64,000 nucleotides of DNA from NCBI GenBank assembly GCA_965235115.1, contig OZ249441.1:13454001-13518000 (forward strand). The letters are read 5' to 3'. The translations under genes were made by a program, and so were the position numbers. This stretch comes from Laetmonice hystrix. Taxonomy: Eukaryota. Shown in pieces: positions 63,613 to 64,000 of the stretch; position 1 is the stretch's first letter; every line of letters starts with the position of its first letter. The notes under the pieces were generated by a model, which saw nothing but the letters and a program-made list of their open reading frames with translations, searched no databases and was not told the origin of the DNA.

Positions 63613-64000
63613 ACGGTCCGGGTGTGGCTATACACGTGACCATATCATGGAAGGTCCGTGGCCATACAACTGACCATATCATGGAAGGTCCGGGTGTGGC
63701 CATACAACTGACCATATCATGGAACTGCAAGGTCCGACTGTGGCCATACAACTGACCATATCATGGAAGGTCCGGGTGTGGCCATACAACTGACCATATC
63801 ATGGAAGGTCCGGGTGTGGCCATACAACTGACCATATCATGGAACTGCAAGGTCCGACTGTGGCCATACAACTGACCATATCATGGAAGGTCCGGGTGTG
63901 GCCATACAACTGACCATATCACGGAAGGTCCGGGTGTGGCCATACAACTGACCATATCATGGAAGGTCCGGGTGTGGCCATACAACTGACCATATCAGGG
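63613..64000. repeat. Minisatellite, 38/44-bp units, runs off the window end
   Basis: Unit ggaaggtccgggtgtggccatacaactgaccatatcat and variant ggaactgcaaggtccgactgtggccatacaactgaccatatcat. Confidence 0.92.

Overview
Animal (invertebrate-type) genomic DNA; the species cannot be determined from the sequence. The window is dominated by one minus-strand gene, a CELF1/2 (CUGBP/Bruno/ETR-1) RNA-binding protein. Eleven coding exons were reconstructed by hand between 49649 and 1997. All have GT-AG junctions with compatible phases and together give 405 codons covering RRM1, RRM2 and most of the divergent linker; RRM3 lies beyond position 1. The 15.9-kb intron after coding exon 2 carries a full-length 5.14-kb DIRS-type tyrosine-recombinase retrotransposon in the same orientation as the gene. 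It has gag, RT/RNaseH/methyltransferase, YR, ITRs and an ICR, with apparent frameshifts in gag and YR. The rest is about 18 unrelated minisatellite arrays (roughly 10 kb), fold-back MITE-like elements and heavily decayed Gypsy, CR1-like and THAP/DDE transposon remnants. Most long ORFs in the supplied track are artefacts of these repeats. The best leads are: AG|GT recursive-splice-like sites and a leader intron built into the DIRS termini, an orphan multi-hairpin structured RNA at about 60.2-60.55 kb, a dense CRE/AP-1 cluster, and several alternative or unproductive splicing options with UG-rich tracts that suggest CELF autoregulation. All coordinates and translations were derived manually; no database search was run.
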